From Octopus vulgaris (taxonomy: Eukaryota), in the NCBI GenBank assembly GCA_951406725.2, contig OX597822.1, positions 70,804,001 to 70,868,000 of the forward strand: a DNA stretch of 64,000 bases. The letters are read 5' to 3'. The notes under the pieces are model-generated. The model was given only the letters and a program-made list of their open reading frames with translations, searched no databases and had not been told where the DNA came from. The position numbers were made by a program, and so were the translations under genes. Every line of letters begins with the position of its first letter. Positions within the stretch are counted from its first letter, which is position 1. Shown piece by piece: positions 25,821-40,611 of the stretch.

Positions 25821-28800
25821 TGAATGAATGTTATAAGAATTCAGAAACTGTGAGAGGTGTGAAATAAATCGTTTTTAATGGTGGGATGCAAAGCAGATAA
25901 AGCTAAAGCCTTCAACTTTTCCCATCCAAAGCTTTTTTAAACCCGACTTTTGCACATCGTTATTTATAGCTTTATCTACTTGGTGTTCTACTGTTAAAAA
26001 GTATATAAATATTGCCATTTTCCTGAAACAGACTGCTTTTCTTAATAATATTTATTGAGTGTGGGTCCTTCAGTACTCACCGTATCAATAAACTGCTGCA
26101 TTAAAAAAAAAAAAACCCTGAATTATCCCACACACTTTATCTCTCTCTCTCAGCTTATACATATATTTATATATATTTTGTTGCTTTGAATTTGCTGTTT
26201 TTTTAGAGTTGTCCAGAGTGTCTTGCTGTTTTTTTGCATTCTGAATTTAAGCCCTGCTTAAGTTCACTTGGCCATTCCATTCTTTTTGAGAGGATAAAGT
26301 ATCAATCTAGAATGGTGGATTGGTGGCATTTTAGAGCATAGGATGTAGTACCTTGAGATATCTGTTTTGGCTCTGTGCCTTGTGAGTTCAAACCCTGCCT
26401 CCTATCTTGCTGGGTGTGGTGGGGAGATACAAAAAAAAAAATGGAAACAGGGTTCTTCAAGACTTTAAAAAAAAATTGCAATCAGCTTGGGAAGTCCATA
26501 ACTAAGTATTCAGCTGATTACTTTCAATATTAACTGGCAGAAGAAACTGCAAGGCTTCAAGGTGACTATCAAGTCATGTGTACTTCCCCCCCTCTTTCTC
26601 TCTCTCTCTGTCTCTCTCACAAACACATATACATATTCATTTTTAAGTTATTGTTTGCACAACAAAATGAAATTTCCATTTTAATATTTACATGACAAAA
26701 GTGATTAGAATAAATTATTTGGAATGGTTAACTTATTAAAACTATAATTACTTCTACATCTATTCAAACTTGTAATTAGTACAATTGTCTATTGTTAATT
26801 TAGACATAAATAATTTTCAGCTTTCTTAACTTAATCCATTACTAATTTCTGAGTGTGTGTGTGTGTGTAATTGAAGAAAGGAAAGTGTCACTGTGTCTGT
26901 TGGTTTGTTATCTATCATCATCATCACCGTCATAATCATTGTTCTTACGTACGTTTTCCATGTTTGCATAGGTTGGACGGAGATAATTGAGGCAGATTTT
27001 TTATAGCAAACCTGCATATAACCCCAAGCAATATAATATTCCCCCTGTGGTCAAACTTGTTTCCACAGAACATCAGAAATGAATGACACGACTGCTTGTA
27101 TGACAGTGACACTCATTTACAACTCTCACATGTTGTGAAGACAAGGAGACAGAAACAAATACACACACACATGCACACTCTGTCTTCTCCACACACATTC
27201 ACATATGTATATGGAAATACATGACATGTATCTTTCGTTTGCTGTCTACCTGTTTCAAGCTTTGGTTAACCTAGGGCTGTATTAAAAGATATTTGCCCAA
27301 AGCGCCACACGGTGGAACTGAACTTGAAACCATACTAGAAAGCAAACTTCTTAACCTTGCAGGGCACACCTGTACCTGTATGTTTATATATTTTGTAAAT
27401 AAACTGAGAAAGAAAGAATTTTAATTTTTCTTTTTATTACGTGTTTTCATATAATTTAAATATTCTTTAGAAAACAAATGAGTATCTTTATTTCATAATG
27501 GATGATACACACATCGAAACAACTGCCTTGTGTGTCTATATTGTGTATGTGTTTGTGTGTATATTAAAATCCATACCATGGTTTCACACAAGTGGCCTTG
27601 TGAATATTAATGATCCTTAGTAGATATTGAACAAAGTTGAGAATGGAAATCAATATACATACACATATATATGAATCCACATACACACACACACACAACT
27701 ACATACATGCATACCCACACATGATTGAATTAAAATGCTTGATTTTTAAAGATTACATATACCTTATATGAGGAAAATGTATGTGTGTGTTCGTGCATGC
27801 ATAACGTTCTCTCTAAGATCGCAAATTGCTTCTTGCTGATTCCTTGAACTTGTAGCAAAGTTAATGAACCACCGTTTCAAATACAGATGCATGTTAAAGA
27901 GTGTTAGTTATTTATCAAATACAGATGCATGTTAAAGAGAGTATGTGAATCCATTTTAAGGAACTACTAGTGAGAATTTACAAAAAAAAACAAAAGACAA
28001 AAACGGGTTTGTAAACAACAAACTGATGTATTAGTTTAACGCTCGGGAAGTGAGAAAGTCTATTACATTTCGAGCCTATGCACTTCGACAGAAATAAACA
28101 GGGAGAGAAAATAGAAAAAAGGTATAGTGGCTAGCGATCTATCATGGCGAATAAAGAACTACTAGGCTAACATATCGCTAATACCCTGCTGGAACCTAGC
28201 ACTGAGACTCAGCTGTTTTTGATTTCTCATATAATGAAATTGAGGTGTTTACCATTTGTAGGTGCTCTCAAACTCCAGACACAACTAGTTTCTCTCTTGT
28301 ATCTCTGTAAGAACTGTCCTGAAGATAATTGAAGGCAACAACGAGTATAGTGATGCTGGTGATTGTTTTTAGCAGCAGCAATAGTTGTTTCTACTGTTGT
28401 TGTTGTCTGAATTGTGGTGGTGGTGGTGGTGGTGGCAGCAATGGTTATAATGATGGAAATTTGTACGTTCTTTACCCTGCAAGCATGATCTAAAAATCTG
28501 ATTTACTAAGAGGCCATACAAGATTAATTTCAAATCAAATTATATAAAACTTACTCATGCAGTAGTATATGTGTGTATGTGTGATAAGGTTTTTGTGACT
28601 GTATGAGAGAGAGGGAGAGAGAGAGTGTGTGTTTTACCTTCTCCTTTTATTGTTTGTGTGGTGTTAACAATTTGATAACCTCTCTCTTACTCTTCTATTT
28701 TCTTTATATTCCTGTTCCCCACCGACCCACCCACTGTCTTTCTCCTACACATTGCCACACTTCAGTCCTTCTCTCTCTCTCTCTCTCTCTCTCATGACCA

Positions 28801-31800
28801 TTGTTAACTTTGCAAGACAAGAATGTAAATAGACTGCCAGTAACAAAAGGCAAAATATGTCGGAGCAAACATGTTACAAGATGAAACATTCATTTTTACC
28901 ACAATATGTCTTGTTCTGGAAGTATATTGCTCTGTCTCTTTCCCCCCTCCTCCTCTTTCTTTCTCTCTCTATGTATTTGTGTGTGTATATTGTATGCAAG
29001 CATATGCACTCACATCCACACATAGATATAAGATGCATATACATACAGATGCACACGTGTGTGAGAGAGAAAGAGAGAGAGAGAAAGAATTGCTCTTTGG
29101 AATGAAAGATCCACAACAGAGTCTATTAACTTTGCTGCTAGGCTACCCTTATAGGACATAAGTGTCTTCCATTCAATGGCTTTCAATAATTATTGGAGGA
29201 AACCTTCTTGGGTTTGAACTGTAACTCATTGTCTCTTTGGGATTAGCAGCAGTGGCAGTAGAGTTTATTTTCACTGTTAATAACCAACCATTTAACTTAG
29301 CTGTTTTATTTACTGAAAACTTGGGAAATTAATCTTCGCCATTGTGAAGGACATCAATATTGTGGTCTTGACCTCATATAGCTAAAGTTAAATCTAGCAA
29401 TGTTATATCAAGATTGTATAGAATTCCCACCTCTCAGCAAAATGAAATATCATTGCACATCTAAAATCAATGCTAATCCCTCATGGATTATTATAAATAA
29501 AGCAAATCAGCCCAACAGTTATAGAAATTTTAGATTCACTTTTAAAATTACTTTCCTACTCTGAATTCTCCTGTTATGGTACAGTTGTACTAAATTTTGT
29601 TTTACACCATTTTAAATATCATTGATATGATTAATATTAAAACTCTCTGAACTTGTTCTTTTCAAAGTGTAAATAACCAATTTACTGTGATTTCCTCTCT
29701 TATTACAATGGCCACATATTTTCGATTGATTTTTGTTCTTAGTTTCCGCAACTGAAACCCAAAGAATGCTTTCTAAGATCTCATTTGCCTGCTGCTAAAT
29801 TTCGTAATATACATATATATATATATATGGTTTCCTCTGTTAAGTTGCTAGTAGTGAATTTGTATCCTGCTTCAAGGAATATACGACAGTACTCTAGTGG
29901 ATTCATGTTTTTGAACCACTGAACCACTGAACACAAATATAAAGACATTAGAATTTGTCAGTTGTCATTTTCTTGAGTTACGTCGGCTGCTTGAAGTAAT
30001 CAACAGCTTTTATTTCGAAGACATTTTCACTCCCTGTGAAGTGTTTGTTATCCAGTCAATATTGTCAATTAGTCAAGAATTTCTGGAAATAACAGCTGTG
30101 ATTTGTTGTTGATGTGCTTCCAGCTAATTAACCGCTTAAAGCTACCTAGCATTGGTTGCTGTACAATCTTATCTTCATGGAAAATAAATGAAATTGTGCC
30201 ATTGATTGAGCAATTTGTTTTGGAAAGATTATTAGATTGTTTTGGTGATATAATGCTATAAATAACTCGTAAATCATTCCCATTCAGATACTAAACATGT
30301 TTCATGACAGGAGTTGTCATTGCCACTTGGGAGCTTCATGTAAATTCTCATTAGAATACTGCTGTCTTCATTTTCTCTTTGTGATTTGCTTTGAAGCAGT
30401 TTGAAACTAAGAACCTAGTGATTGCAAATATTTCAGCATGGTTGGGACTTTGAGAAATGATAATGTTTGTTACTACTACTGTACATAAAAACATTTTATC
30501 ACGTGTTGGCCTTTTGTATTTTTTCTAGTTAGTTTTAGAATTCTATTCTCTTTGCTTCTCCCATGAGAGTATTATTGAACATATTTTGATGTGGGTTTTA
30601 GTCTTAAAAATCTATAATATAAATTTTCTTTAAAAAAAACCTAAATTGTTTAATGTGCTTTTTTAAATGCTAATCTCTCGCGAGTTAAAAATAAAACAAA
30701 ATATGTTTTATAGATCAATACTTCAGAAAAGTAGCTGTTTGCTAGCCAAATGAAAAATGCATTTAATAATAAAAATGAAATTTTTTTTTTTCATTTTAGT
30801 TAATAAAATAAAACAAGCAAAAATTCTTTTAAAAACATCTTAATTCTAGAAAGAAGCAAAAAAATGATTATTAATACATTTGTTTATTATGTAAACCTTT
30901 GTGCTGTCCACCACATATTTTGAATAAGATTTGAAAAAGGTAAAAGCATTTTAGTATTCCGTAAACACTTAAAGAAGTCGATGTTTACACTAAATTATTA
31001 TCGAAAGTGAAAAACAAAAACAAAACAGACGCACACATGCAAAAAAAAACAACAACAAAAAAACGGCAACAAAAACTAAAAGCAAATCAGGCACTACTGC
31101 TTACTTATACCTGAATCAAAATGAAGGGCATTTCATCTCCCATCATATTTCCATAGCAATGATGTATTGGTCTTGTTCAGTTAGACTAGAAATGGTTTCA
31201 TTCAAACCAAAGACATGAATATCATTTTTATTTTGCCTTTTTTGTTCATCATCGTTATTAATTTACTGTGTTTTCTCGTTGTTGTGGTCATTATTATTGT
31301 TTTTGTTGTTCCTTTGTCCTTGTTTGAGTTTTGGTTTATTTATGGTTGGTTTAAGCTCCTTTGCATTCTTCCATGTCAGTCCCATATTTAGTTTTGATTG
31401 TATTCAGTCTGTAAACCCAGTTCAAATGTGTTCTGTTGCTGTTCTGTGTATGATACTTTTGGTACTCTAATTCCCTCTGCATCCATTACACTTTATCAAA
31501 CGTTCCCCCCCTCCTCCAATATTGTTTCTACTTTTTATCTAAACATTTTCATGAATAATGATTTTATTTTTTTTACTTCTACTTTTCTCACACTTGATTA
31601 TTATTATTATCTAAAAAAATCATATTTTTTTCCTGTTATTGTTCAAGTATGGAAACACTTCTTCAGTGCATAATACAATCATAACTATATATGTATATAC
31701 AGCAGTATGTGTGTGTGTATGTATATATATATATATATATGCTTGTATGTGTATGTTTGTGTGTGCTGTGTGTATTTATATGTATATATATATATATATA

Positions 31801-31987
31801 TATATGTATACGTATAGTGTATATATATGTATACGTATAGTGTATATATATATATATATATGTATACGTATAGTGTATATATATATATGTATACGTATAG
31901 TGTATATATATATATATATATACGTATAATATGCTTATATACATACATGTGTATGTGTGTGTATATATGTATGTACAGTATCTCTTT

Positions 31988-32027
<40 letters not shown>

Positions 32028-32713
32028 CTCCATGTATGTATATTTACATACAAACACATCACACAAACTCTTCTCAGTTTTATATGAGGAAAAAAAACAA
32101 CTCTTTTAAACTAAATGAAATGTGGAATTTTTGCCCCCTCTCTGTGATCTTTTTTGCACAGAATATTTGCTTTGTTTAAATATTTGTGGTTTTTTAAGTT
32201 TCAAGCTTGACCAAGGGTCTGTAAGATGAACAGGTAAAACCAAATTCAACCATTTTCTTTATTATATTGCAGCAAACATTCCAACATAGAAATTGCTCTC
32301 ATTGATAACCATTTCCTTTCCTTTCCTTTGTTATTTGTTCTAAAAATATATAAAAGTTTGTCTCTTTGGGTTGTAATTTATGTATATCAGTAAGTTAAAA
32401 AAGAAGAAGAAAGAAAACGACTTGTATTGTCTCTGTGTGCATCTAAATTTTTAAAAATTACTCAATGTCATACTAATTAAAAATCAAATTTGAGACAGAG
32501 TGAGAGAGAACCTCTAAATATTTCTACCAAAACTCTTAAACATTCTCTAAATTATTGTTTCAATTTACAGCTGCTCTTTATCTCGGAAGCTACTACTCAG
32601 ATATAATTAACGACATATCTCCATTGACAATATACAATACCTTAACTATCAGAAATATGTTATAATCTTTACACTTTAGCTAGTAAGCTAGAGATATATG
32701 TATACATATATGT

Positions 32714-32758
<45 letters not shown>

Positions 32759-33559
32759 GTATATATATATGTATGTATGAATGTATGTATGTATGCATGT
32801 GTATATATGCATATACATTATTAAGACCACACACTAGATTCTTTCTTGGAATTACTCTAAATTTATGGATGAAATAATATATTACACAATTACTAATGTT
32901 TCAATATTAACATATAGAATCAGTACAGTGTTGGACAAAAATGCCCTGTGGTATATTTTTTAGTCATAAGCCATTGTATTCTGAGTTCAAATCCTTCCAG
33001 CATTGACTAGCTTTCATCCTTCTAATTTTTTTGTTTGGTAATGTGGCAGTTAAGTATTATGATTAATTTAATTGAATATTACTTCTTGTAAAATTTGTGC
33101 TGACCTTGTACCTAAGTTATATATATATCAATTTATTATAAGTAATGAAAGTTATCTAATTACCGAGTGACAATTAATACATCACAACTGGATGTTTGAG
33201 AATAAGAAGTCTGAACAGACAAGGTATATGAATGTAAGAAAAGCAGGAAGTAAAGATATCAGTTGTTCTCAATAGATTTTACTACACCTCCATCCTTACA
33301 CACTTTTATTTGTACATTTTACTATAAACGAATAGTTAAATAAGATTTAAAAGAAAGACTATGTAGTTGTGATAACAAGTTCAGAATGTGGTATAGCAAC
33401 ATCTTGATCAAAGCCAATATACTTTTAGGCCTTTATTACAATAACTGCAATAGCTGTTATTCTTTAGCCACAGGTCTTGCTAAATAGAGTAGACCTCTGT
33501 GTGTATGTGTTTGCATGTGTATATGCATATTTGTGTGTGTGTATGCATGTATGTACATA

Positions 33560-33594
<35 letters not shown>

Positions 33595-34017
33595 TGTTTT
33601 CTGTTTGCTGAAAATACTAAAGGAATTATTTGGGAACCTAGGGTTCCATGCCGAAGCACTTTTCAAACTGAGATTTAAAAAAACAAAAAGAAAAATTAAA
33701 AACTTGTAATTGTATTCATAGAATTGTCATGGAAATCAATAAAACGTTCTAAAAAAAAGAAAAGAAAAAGAAAAATGCCATTAACATCACATGATCATGG
33801 TCCATAAATTTGAAAATTCATTGGTTTATTAAGTTGTAAACAAATATATGTATGTGTATACATGTAAAAGTTTATTTACATGTGTGTACATGCACATTCG
33901 CAAGTGCGTGCTCACACATGTGCATACATACAAAAATCTCAACTTCTTTATATGCAAGTGCACATTCATAGGTATTTCAGTAAAAAAAAGTTAATAATCA
34001 GCACACATATATATATA

Positions 34018-34053
<36 letters not shown>

Positions 34054-34054
<1 letters not shown>

Positions 34055-34305
34055 GCGCAGGAGTGGCTATGTGGTAAGTAGCTTGCTTACCAACCATGTG
34101 GTTCTGGGTTCATTCCCACTGCATGGCACCTTGGGCAAGTGTCTTCAACTATAGCCTCGGGCCAACCAAAGCCTTGTGAGTGGATTTGGTAGACGGAAAC
34201 TGGAAGAAGCCTGTCGTATATATGTGTATGTGTGTGTATATGTTTATGTGTCTGTGTTTGTCCCCCCCCCCCAACATCGCTTGACAACCGATGCCGGTGT
34301 GTTTA
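34054..34305 (+). mobile_element. SINE family B, 3'-truncated
   Basis: ggcgcaggagtggctatgtggtaag...ggaaactggaagaagcc. Confidence 0.85.
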
Positions 34306-34667
34306 AGATATATATATATATGCACACATACATATTCCACACATATACAGCTAGACTTGTGTCTATATGCATACTTGTATAGATAATTTTTTTTTATAAA
34401 CATAAGGCACTGAGCTGGCAGAATAGTGAGAATGTCAGACAAATTGTTTAGTAGCATTTCCTCCAGCAATATCACTGTGGTCAACTCAGGCTCAATAAAA
34501 TGAAGTACCAGTTATTTACTGGTGTTGGTGGTAGCAGCTAATCCCTTCCCCTCAAGATTCCTGGAAACTTATTATAGCATTTGCTACACCCTGCTTTGTA
34601 TACTGAAGCTCAACATACACACTCGTGTATAAGCCTGCCATTTGATTTCTAACCACTACGCCATAAG

Positions 34668-34771
34668 CCCACAGGTGTATGGTATAGTGGTTAAGAGCAC
34701 GAGCTACTAACCCCAAGATTCCAAGTTCGATTCCAAGCAGTGACCTGAACAATAGCTATAATAATAATAAC

Positions 34772-34824
<53 letters not shown>

Positions 34825-34975
34825 CAACAACAATAAAAAATACCTTAGGAATGAGAACCCAGGTTCGAAAATTCCCCCAAGACACCTGATGAAGGCTAAC
34901 AACAAAGACGAGGACAAATATCCGTCGAATGTAAATAATGTACATAATTCCTCATCTCTTAAATATAAAACTGTA
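34668..34975 (+). mobile_element. tRNA-derived SINE (family D) with an internal (AAT)n tract
   Basis: A-box tggtatagtggttaagagc and B-box agttcgattcc, then (AAT)n and a tail containing cacctgatgaaggc. Confidence 0.7.
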
Positions 34976-35985
34976 TTATGCTTTATTATGTGCTGCACAT
35001 TATGGTTGGCCTTAGCCAAACAAGGCAAAAAGTACTCATTGAGAGTTTCAATGATGAAATGAAGGCGTGTGTCAGTATGTGTGCCGCATTCTCTAAACAC
35101 CTGCTGTAGTAGGTGCCCATCATTTGCCACATTTGTGTTAAAGAGTGAAAAATGACAACCATGCTGCTTTAAGAGAACAGTCGAGTGATGGCAATGCTTG
35201 AAATTGAATTATTGGGTTGCAGCCATCATGCATGCATGCATGCATGTGTATGTATGCATGCAGATATACATTATGCATATTCACATATTTATAAATGAAC
35301 AAATGTGCATGAGCTTACATACACATGTATTTAAGTTTGCATATACATGCACGTGCCTACAGCTAAATATACACATATACACAATACTCACACGCACACG
35401 CACTACAAATATACAATGTCATATGTATGAATATGTGTACTTGCCTACAATGTACTTTAGGAAGGCTGAGCATATACAGATATGTGTGGAAAGTGGGACG
35501 TAAATGAGAGGAAGAAGCTGAGGAAATTCTTACATCAACACAATATGATGAAATGCTAAGAAAATTAAGAGTAGAAGGAAGGGAAATGAAAGAAATTTGT
35601 GACAAAATAGCAGTGGAAAAACTTGTGTTAATATACAATAAGCTGCATGCCTGCATAAGTATATTTATACTTATCCTCCCACACAGGTCAGGTTATAGAA
35701 ATTGTGTGTGTGTGTGTTTTTACGCATGAAAATGCATGCTCGCATATGTGTATACACATGAGTGCCTCTAATGGCGATGTATTCAAGCAGATGAAGACAC
35801 ACCATAGGCACATGTATACATACATGCATACTCATGCATGTGCATAGATGCCTCTGTATCTTTATGTAATGTGTGAACATGTGCATATCCAAACACATAT
35901 AAACCTTCTTCATAGATGTATACACAGTGTTTAGAATAGGCTACTTGCAGATGTGTGTGTGTTTTGAGTGGATATATGTTGTGTA

Positions 35986-36040
<55 letters not shown>

Positions 36041-36159
36041 CATATATGTACACACACACACACGTGTATATATATATATATAACAAAACTGTCCAATGAA
36101 CGGGAATGTGAAACTCTGAGTAACAGCTTTCGTTATATTTCTGCTGCTTTTAAATACAG

Positions 36160-36229
<70 letters not shown>

Positions 36230-37617
36230 TCAAGTATAATTCTTCCATATAGATTAGGCATGCATCATTATATATCATTTTATTTTCTTATATTGTTCAT
36301 TCATTATTGTATGAGCATTAGAAGTAGAAAGTATATGTATGTGTATATATGTATGCATCTGTCTGTCTATCTATCTTGTTTAATGTAGTGATTGATGTGC
36401 ACATGCACACACCACACATAAATATTTCTATGCATGTTATACACACACACACTCATGCATATACATATATACACATGCACACATAAATATGTACCCATCT
36501 GTGTTCATATTTTTTTCAAAAATGCCTGGAGGTGGGTGTTGTAACCATATACATATGCATATTAATTATATCAGTACATGGCATTTTAAACAGATCAACA
36601 GAGAAGGCATTTAAATTCACTGATGCATAAGTGTGCTCTCTCAATTGAAATTTTGGACTGTTGTATCCTTCAGGTCCCAAATATACCGGGAGAGAGTGGT
36701 GCTATTTCATCTGTGTACTTGAATGAATACAGGTGTTGGTTAAATCTTGTCTTAAACATTTTATACTTTTTTCATGTCTGTACACTGAAGCATGTATGAA
36801 TGTTTATTTGAATGTATGTATTTGTCTATACTTATAATGGAGATGGTTGTGTGTGGATACATATACACATAGGTAGATATGTGTGCACTTATATTCTATG
36901 ATTATTATTCATTCAAACATATACATGTGTACACAAGTACAATGAATAGTTGTGGTGGTTACATTTGTACATGTGTGTGAGTATGTATATTTGTGTATGT
37001 GTGAGTGTGTAAATAAATTTTCTTTATGCATACATGTAGGCATATTTTCATTTCTTCTTCTCAACATGCAATACCAATGACCTTTCAAGTTTATGTATTG
37101 TAATAATTTGGCATTAATGATATTCTTTAGAACATTCTATTGATTTTCAAAAATTCTATAAATACATTTCTGTTTTCTTTTTTCATCTCTTTTTGAATTG
37201 TGCTTTGGTATGAAAATCTATGTCCTGTAGTAGCTGCAACTAATAAAAAAAAATCAAAATGCATACTCAACATCATGTACTGAGTTCTCTTCCTCCACTT
37301 TGTTGAACCACTTGTACTTATATTTGTGTGTGTGTGTGTGCATGCGTTACTATATCTTTTGTGTATCTATTTTTTTGTATAGCCCACAGGACTAAATCAA
37401 GAGGATTTGATTTCGGATCTATAGAGTGCTTACTACATGTGTCAAGTGTCTTTTTTCCTCTCTCTTGATGTTTCTTCTCTCTCTGTCTCTCAGTGTGTGT
37501 ATCCATATAAATATGCACATTTATGTACATGTATAATGTGTTTGTATATGTGTGTATGTATATATTTGCATTGTGTGCATATATATATATGTATATATAT
37601 ATATACTCCATTCTTTC

Positions 37618-37648
<31 letters not shown>

Positions 37649-37949
37649 CATACACACACACACACTTGTGCAAAATGTGTGTGTATTATTTAAAACTTGG
37701 TACAATAGTTGATATATAGACTCGATAGGTCTATATATCAAGTGGAAATGGCACTTGATAATGGCTTACAGATCAAAGCATTCATTGTGCCATTTTTTGA
37801 CTAAAACAACAGGAAATATGTATTATGTATTACACACTATTTTTGATAGTAGTCCACTTAGATTGAACCAGGTTCACTGTAAACACTGCAACACACACAC
37901 ACATGTACGCACAGGTATTGTGTATATGTGGGTCTAAATTTCCTTATTA

Positions 37950-38465
37950 TCTTTTAATTGTTTCAAGCATTAGATTGCAGCCATGTTGGGGCAGCGCTTT
38001 GAAGAATTTTTAGTCGAATGAATCGACCCCCCCCCCCCCCCACCCCAGTACTTACTTTTTTTAAAGCTTGGTACTTACTCTATCAGTCTCTTTTGCTGAA
38101 CTGCTAAGTTATACAGGCATAAACACACCGACACTGCTTGTGAAGTGGTGGTGGTACGGAACAGACACAAACACGTGTGTGTGTATGTATGCGTATATAT
38201 ATACACGTATATATATATATATAACGGGAAGCTTTATGAAAATAGACAAAAGACGAAGGCAGGTGGAAAACAAACGAACAATTGTATTAGTATGGCGCTC
38301 AGGAAATATAAATAAAACAAGTCTTTAACGTTTCGAGCCTACGCTCTTCAACAGAAAGATACACAGAGAGAAAAAAAACACAGAAAGAAGGAGAGAAAAT
38401 ACATATAAATGTATGTATATGTATGTATGCGTATATATATATATATGTACGTATATATATGTGTG

Positions 38466-38523
<58 letters not shown>

Positions 38524-38566
38524 CACACATATATGTACATATATATATATATATACTTACATATAA

Positions 38567-38608
<42 letters not shown>

Positions 38609-38810
38609 TTATAAAAAAAGAAGTTTGAAAACACCACTATATAAGATAAATTTTAATTTTCTTAGAGATTTTACGTTTCGGTTTTTCTTGAAAAAACCAA
38701 CCTTATCAAAAATATTTTAAAAAGTTAAGTGTAATAAAAAAAAAGTTCATGATTGTTTCTTACTAGTCTCAACAGAGTCCACATGGTGGTGTTTTGTGTG
38801 GGGGGGGCAT

Positions 38811-38844
<34 letters not shown>

Positions 38845-38872
38845 TATACATACATACATTCATATATATATA

Positions 38873-38906
<34 letters not shown>

Positions 38907-39120
38907 CATACATATACACATGCTTGTATATATATATATATATATACGTTCACACATAATGGGCTTCTTTCAGTTTCCATCTGCTAAACCTACTCTCAAA
39001 GCTTTGGTTGGCCTGAAGCTATAGTAGAAGACACTTGCTCAAGGTGCCATGAAGTGCGACTGAACCCAGAACCATACAGCTAGGAAGCAAACTCCTTACC
39101 TCACAGCCATGCCTATGCTT
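37950..39120 (-). mobile_element. SINE family B split by an expanded internal microsatellite and nested insertions
   Basis: Tail at 37950-38170 and head at 38960-39120 are colinear on the minus strand. Confidence 0.7.
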
Positions 39121-39571
39121 ATTGCAACAACAGAATTATACCAGATTTTGTAATGCCAGTTCCAATGAAAATGCAAATTCAACTAATATCAATTGTGATA
39201 TAATGAAGAAGAATCTCTTAAATTTGAGGAGAATATATTTTCTAAAATCTTTACTCCGTAATAAGAAACTCGCCTCTGCTGCTACTTCTACGCCAAATAA
39301 AATACACATAAAAAAGTAATAAAAATAAAACCAAAAGACAGCAAAAAAAAAAAGTTTGACACATGTAGCAACCACTCAATAGATCCAAAATCAAATCTTC
39401 TTGATTTGATTTCTCTGGGCTGCACATAAAAATAGACATGATTGAATATGCAAACACATCTCTCTTCACTAATACATAAATCTTGAGAATACTATGAACT
39501 TTCTAGTGTATGTATGGATAAAGTTCAAAGGATTTTTAATATGTATGGATAATTTTATATACTAATATATA

Positions 39572-39617
<46 letters not shown>

Positions 39618-40425
39618 TATGTATATGTATGTACTTTGCATATGTATAAGCATGCATATGTATGTTGTGTATGTATATGTATGCATTTTGAATATGTGTA
39701 TATATATATGTAAATTGTCTCTGTGTGTATATATGCATATATACATATGCACACATATGTATATGCATATATATTTATATATAACATATACAGATTCTTG
39801 TGTATACTTTATGTCTTTCTGTTCTCTTACTCTCTCTCTCTCTCTCTATCTCCCTGCCACACACATATATACACGCACACACACTTGAATATTTATATCC
39901 GTATAGCTTTAGGTTCTTCTGAACTTACGATGCCAAACTTTGCCATTTTTCTTTGAAGTCAGTTAACATTAGGAAAAAAATGACTACATTTTAATCACAG
40001 AAGGTGCCAAAGAATGGATATTAAACTATGTCTTCACACATATTTATTAGATTTTTCTTGCATAGGCTGACTTTGTGATGCTTCTTTTGCCTGCTTGATC
40101 GACTGACTTAAGTGTAGCTAGTGTCACAGGTTCTCATTGCAATGTGTCAGGGAGAGAAATATAAGCTTCCATAAACTCTACTCTCGAACTTGCCTGTACA
40201 ACTTGTAACAGATCTTACAGAAACATCATATCACTCAGCTATATTCCACCACCACCACCACCACCGCTTCCTTCTTAACAGTACTACTAACACATACAGC
40301 CCCACCGCCATCAATGTGTTTAATTGAACTGTTTTCTGTATCAATCATTGTGTCCACTTTGGTTACTTCCAATAAGTTTCAATACTTTCATGTACTCTTA
40401 CTGCAGAATTGTATCATAACTTAGC

Positions 40426-40457
<32 letters not shown>

Positions 40458-40469
40458 TAATAATAATGA

Positions 40470-40602
40470 TACCTTCTTGGCATGGCCAGAATAATCAGGA
40501 AAGTATTAGATAGCTGAAAAGAACGAATAGCATGGTACCGTAGGCTGCAGGTAGTAAGCCCACTACACATGCAAGACTCCGGGAGTTCCAACAAAGCCCG
40601 TG
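40470..40602 (+). mobile_element. Extreme 3' end of a third R4/Dong-like element
   Basis: LLGMARIIRKVLDS* plus a short 3' UTR between (TAA)n tracts. Confidence 0.6.
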
Positions 40603-40611
40603 ATAATAATA

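Noticed and set aside
17138-30438. Short 11-13-bp complementary matches (17138/18828; 17383/30426)
   Set aside because: Expected by chance in AT-rich sequence of this length.
31100-31190. Minus-strand donor and acceptor suggesting a nested antisense exon
   Set aside because: Stops in all three frames.
34668-34745. tRNA-like A and B boxes
   Set aside because: No complete cloverleaf; it is a SINE head. The downstream ctgatga lacks the GAAA half of a hammerhead.
37709-37741. 13-bp hairpin (also an 11-bp palindrome at ~18546-18568)
   Set aside because: Short and AT-rich; no supporting context.
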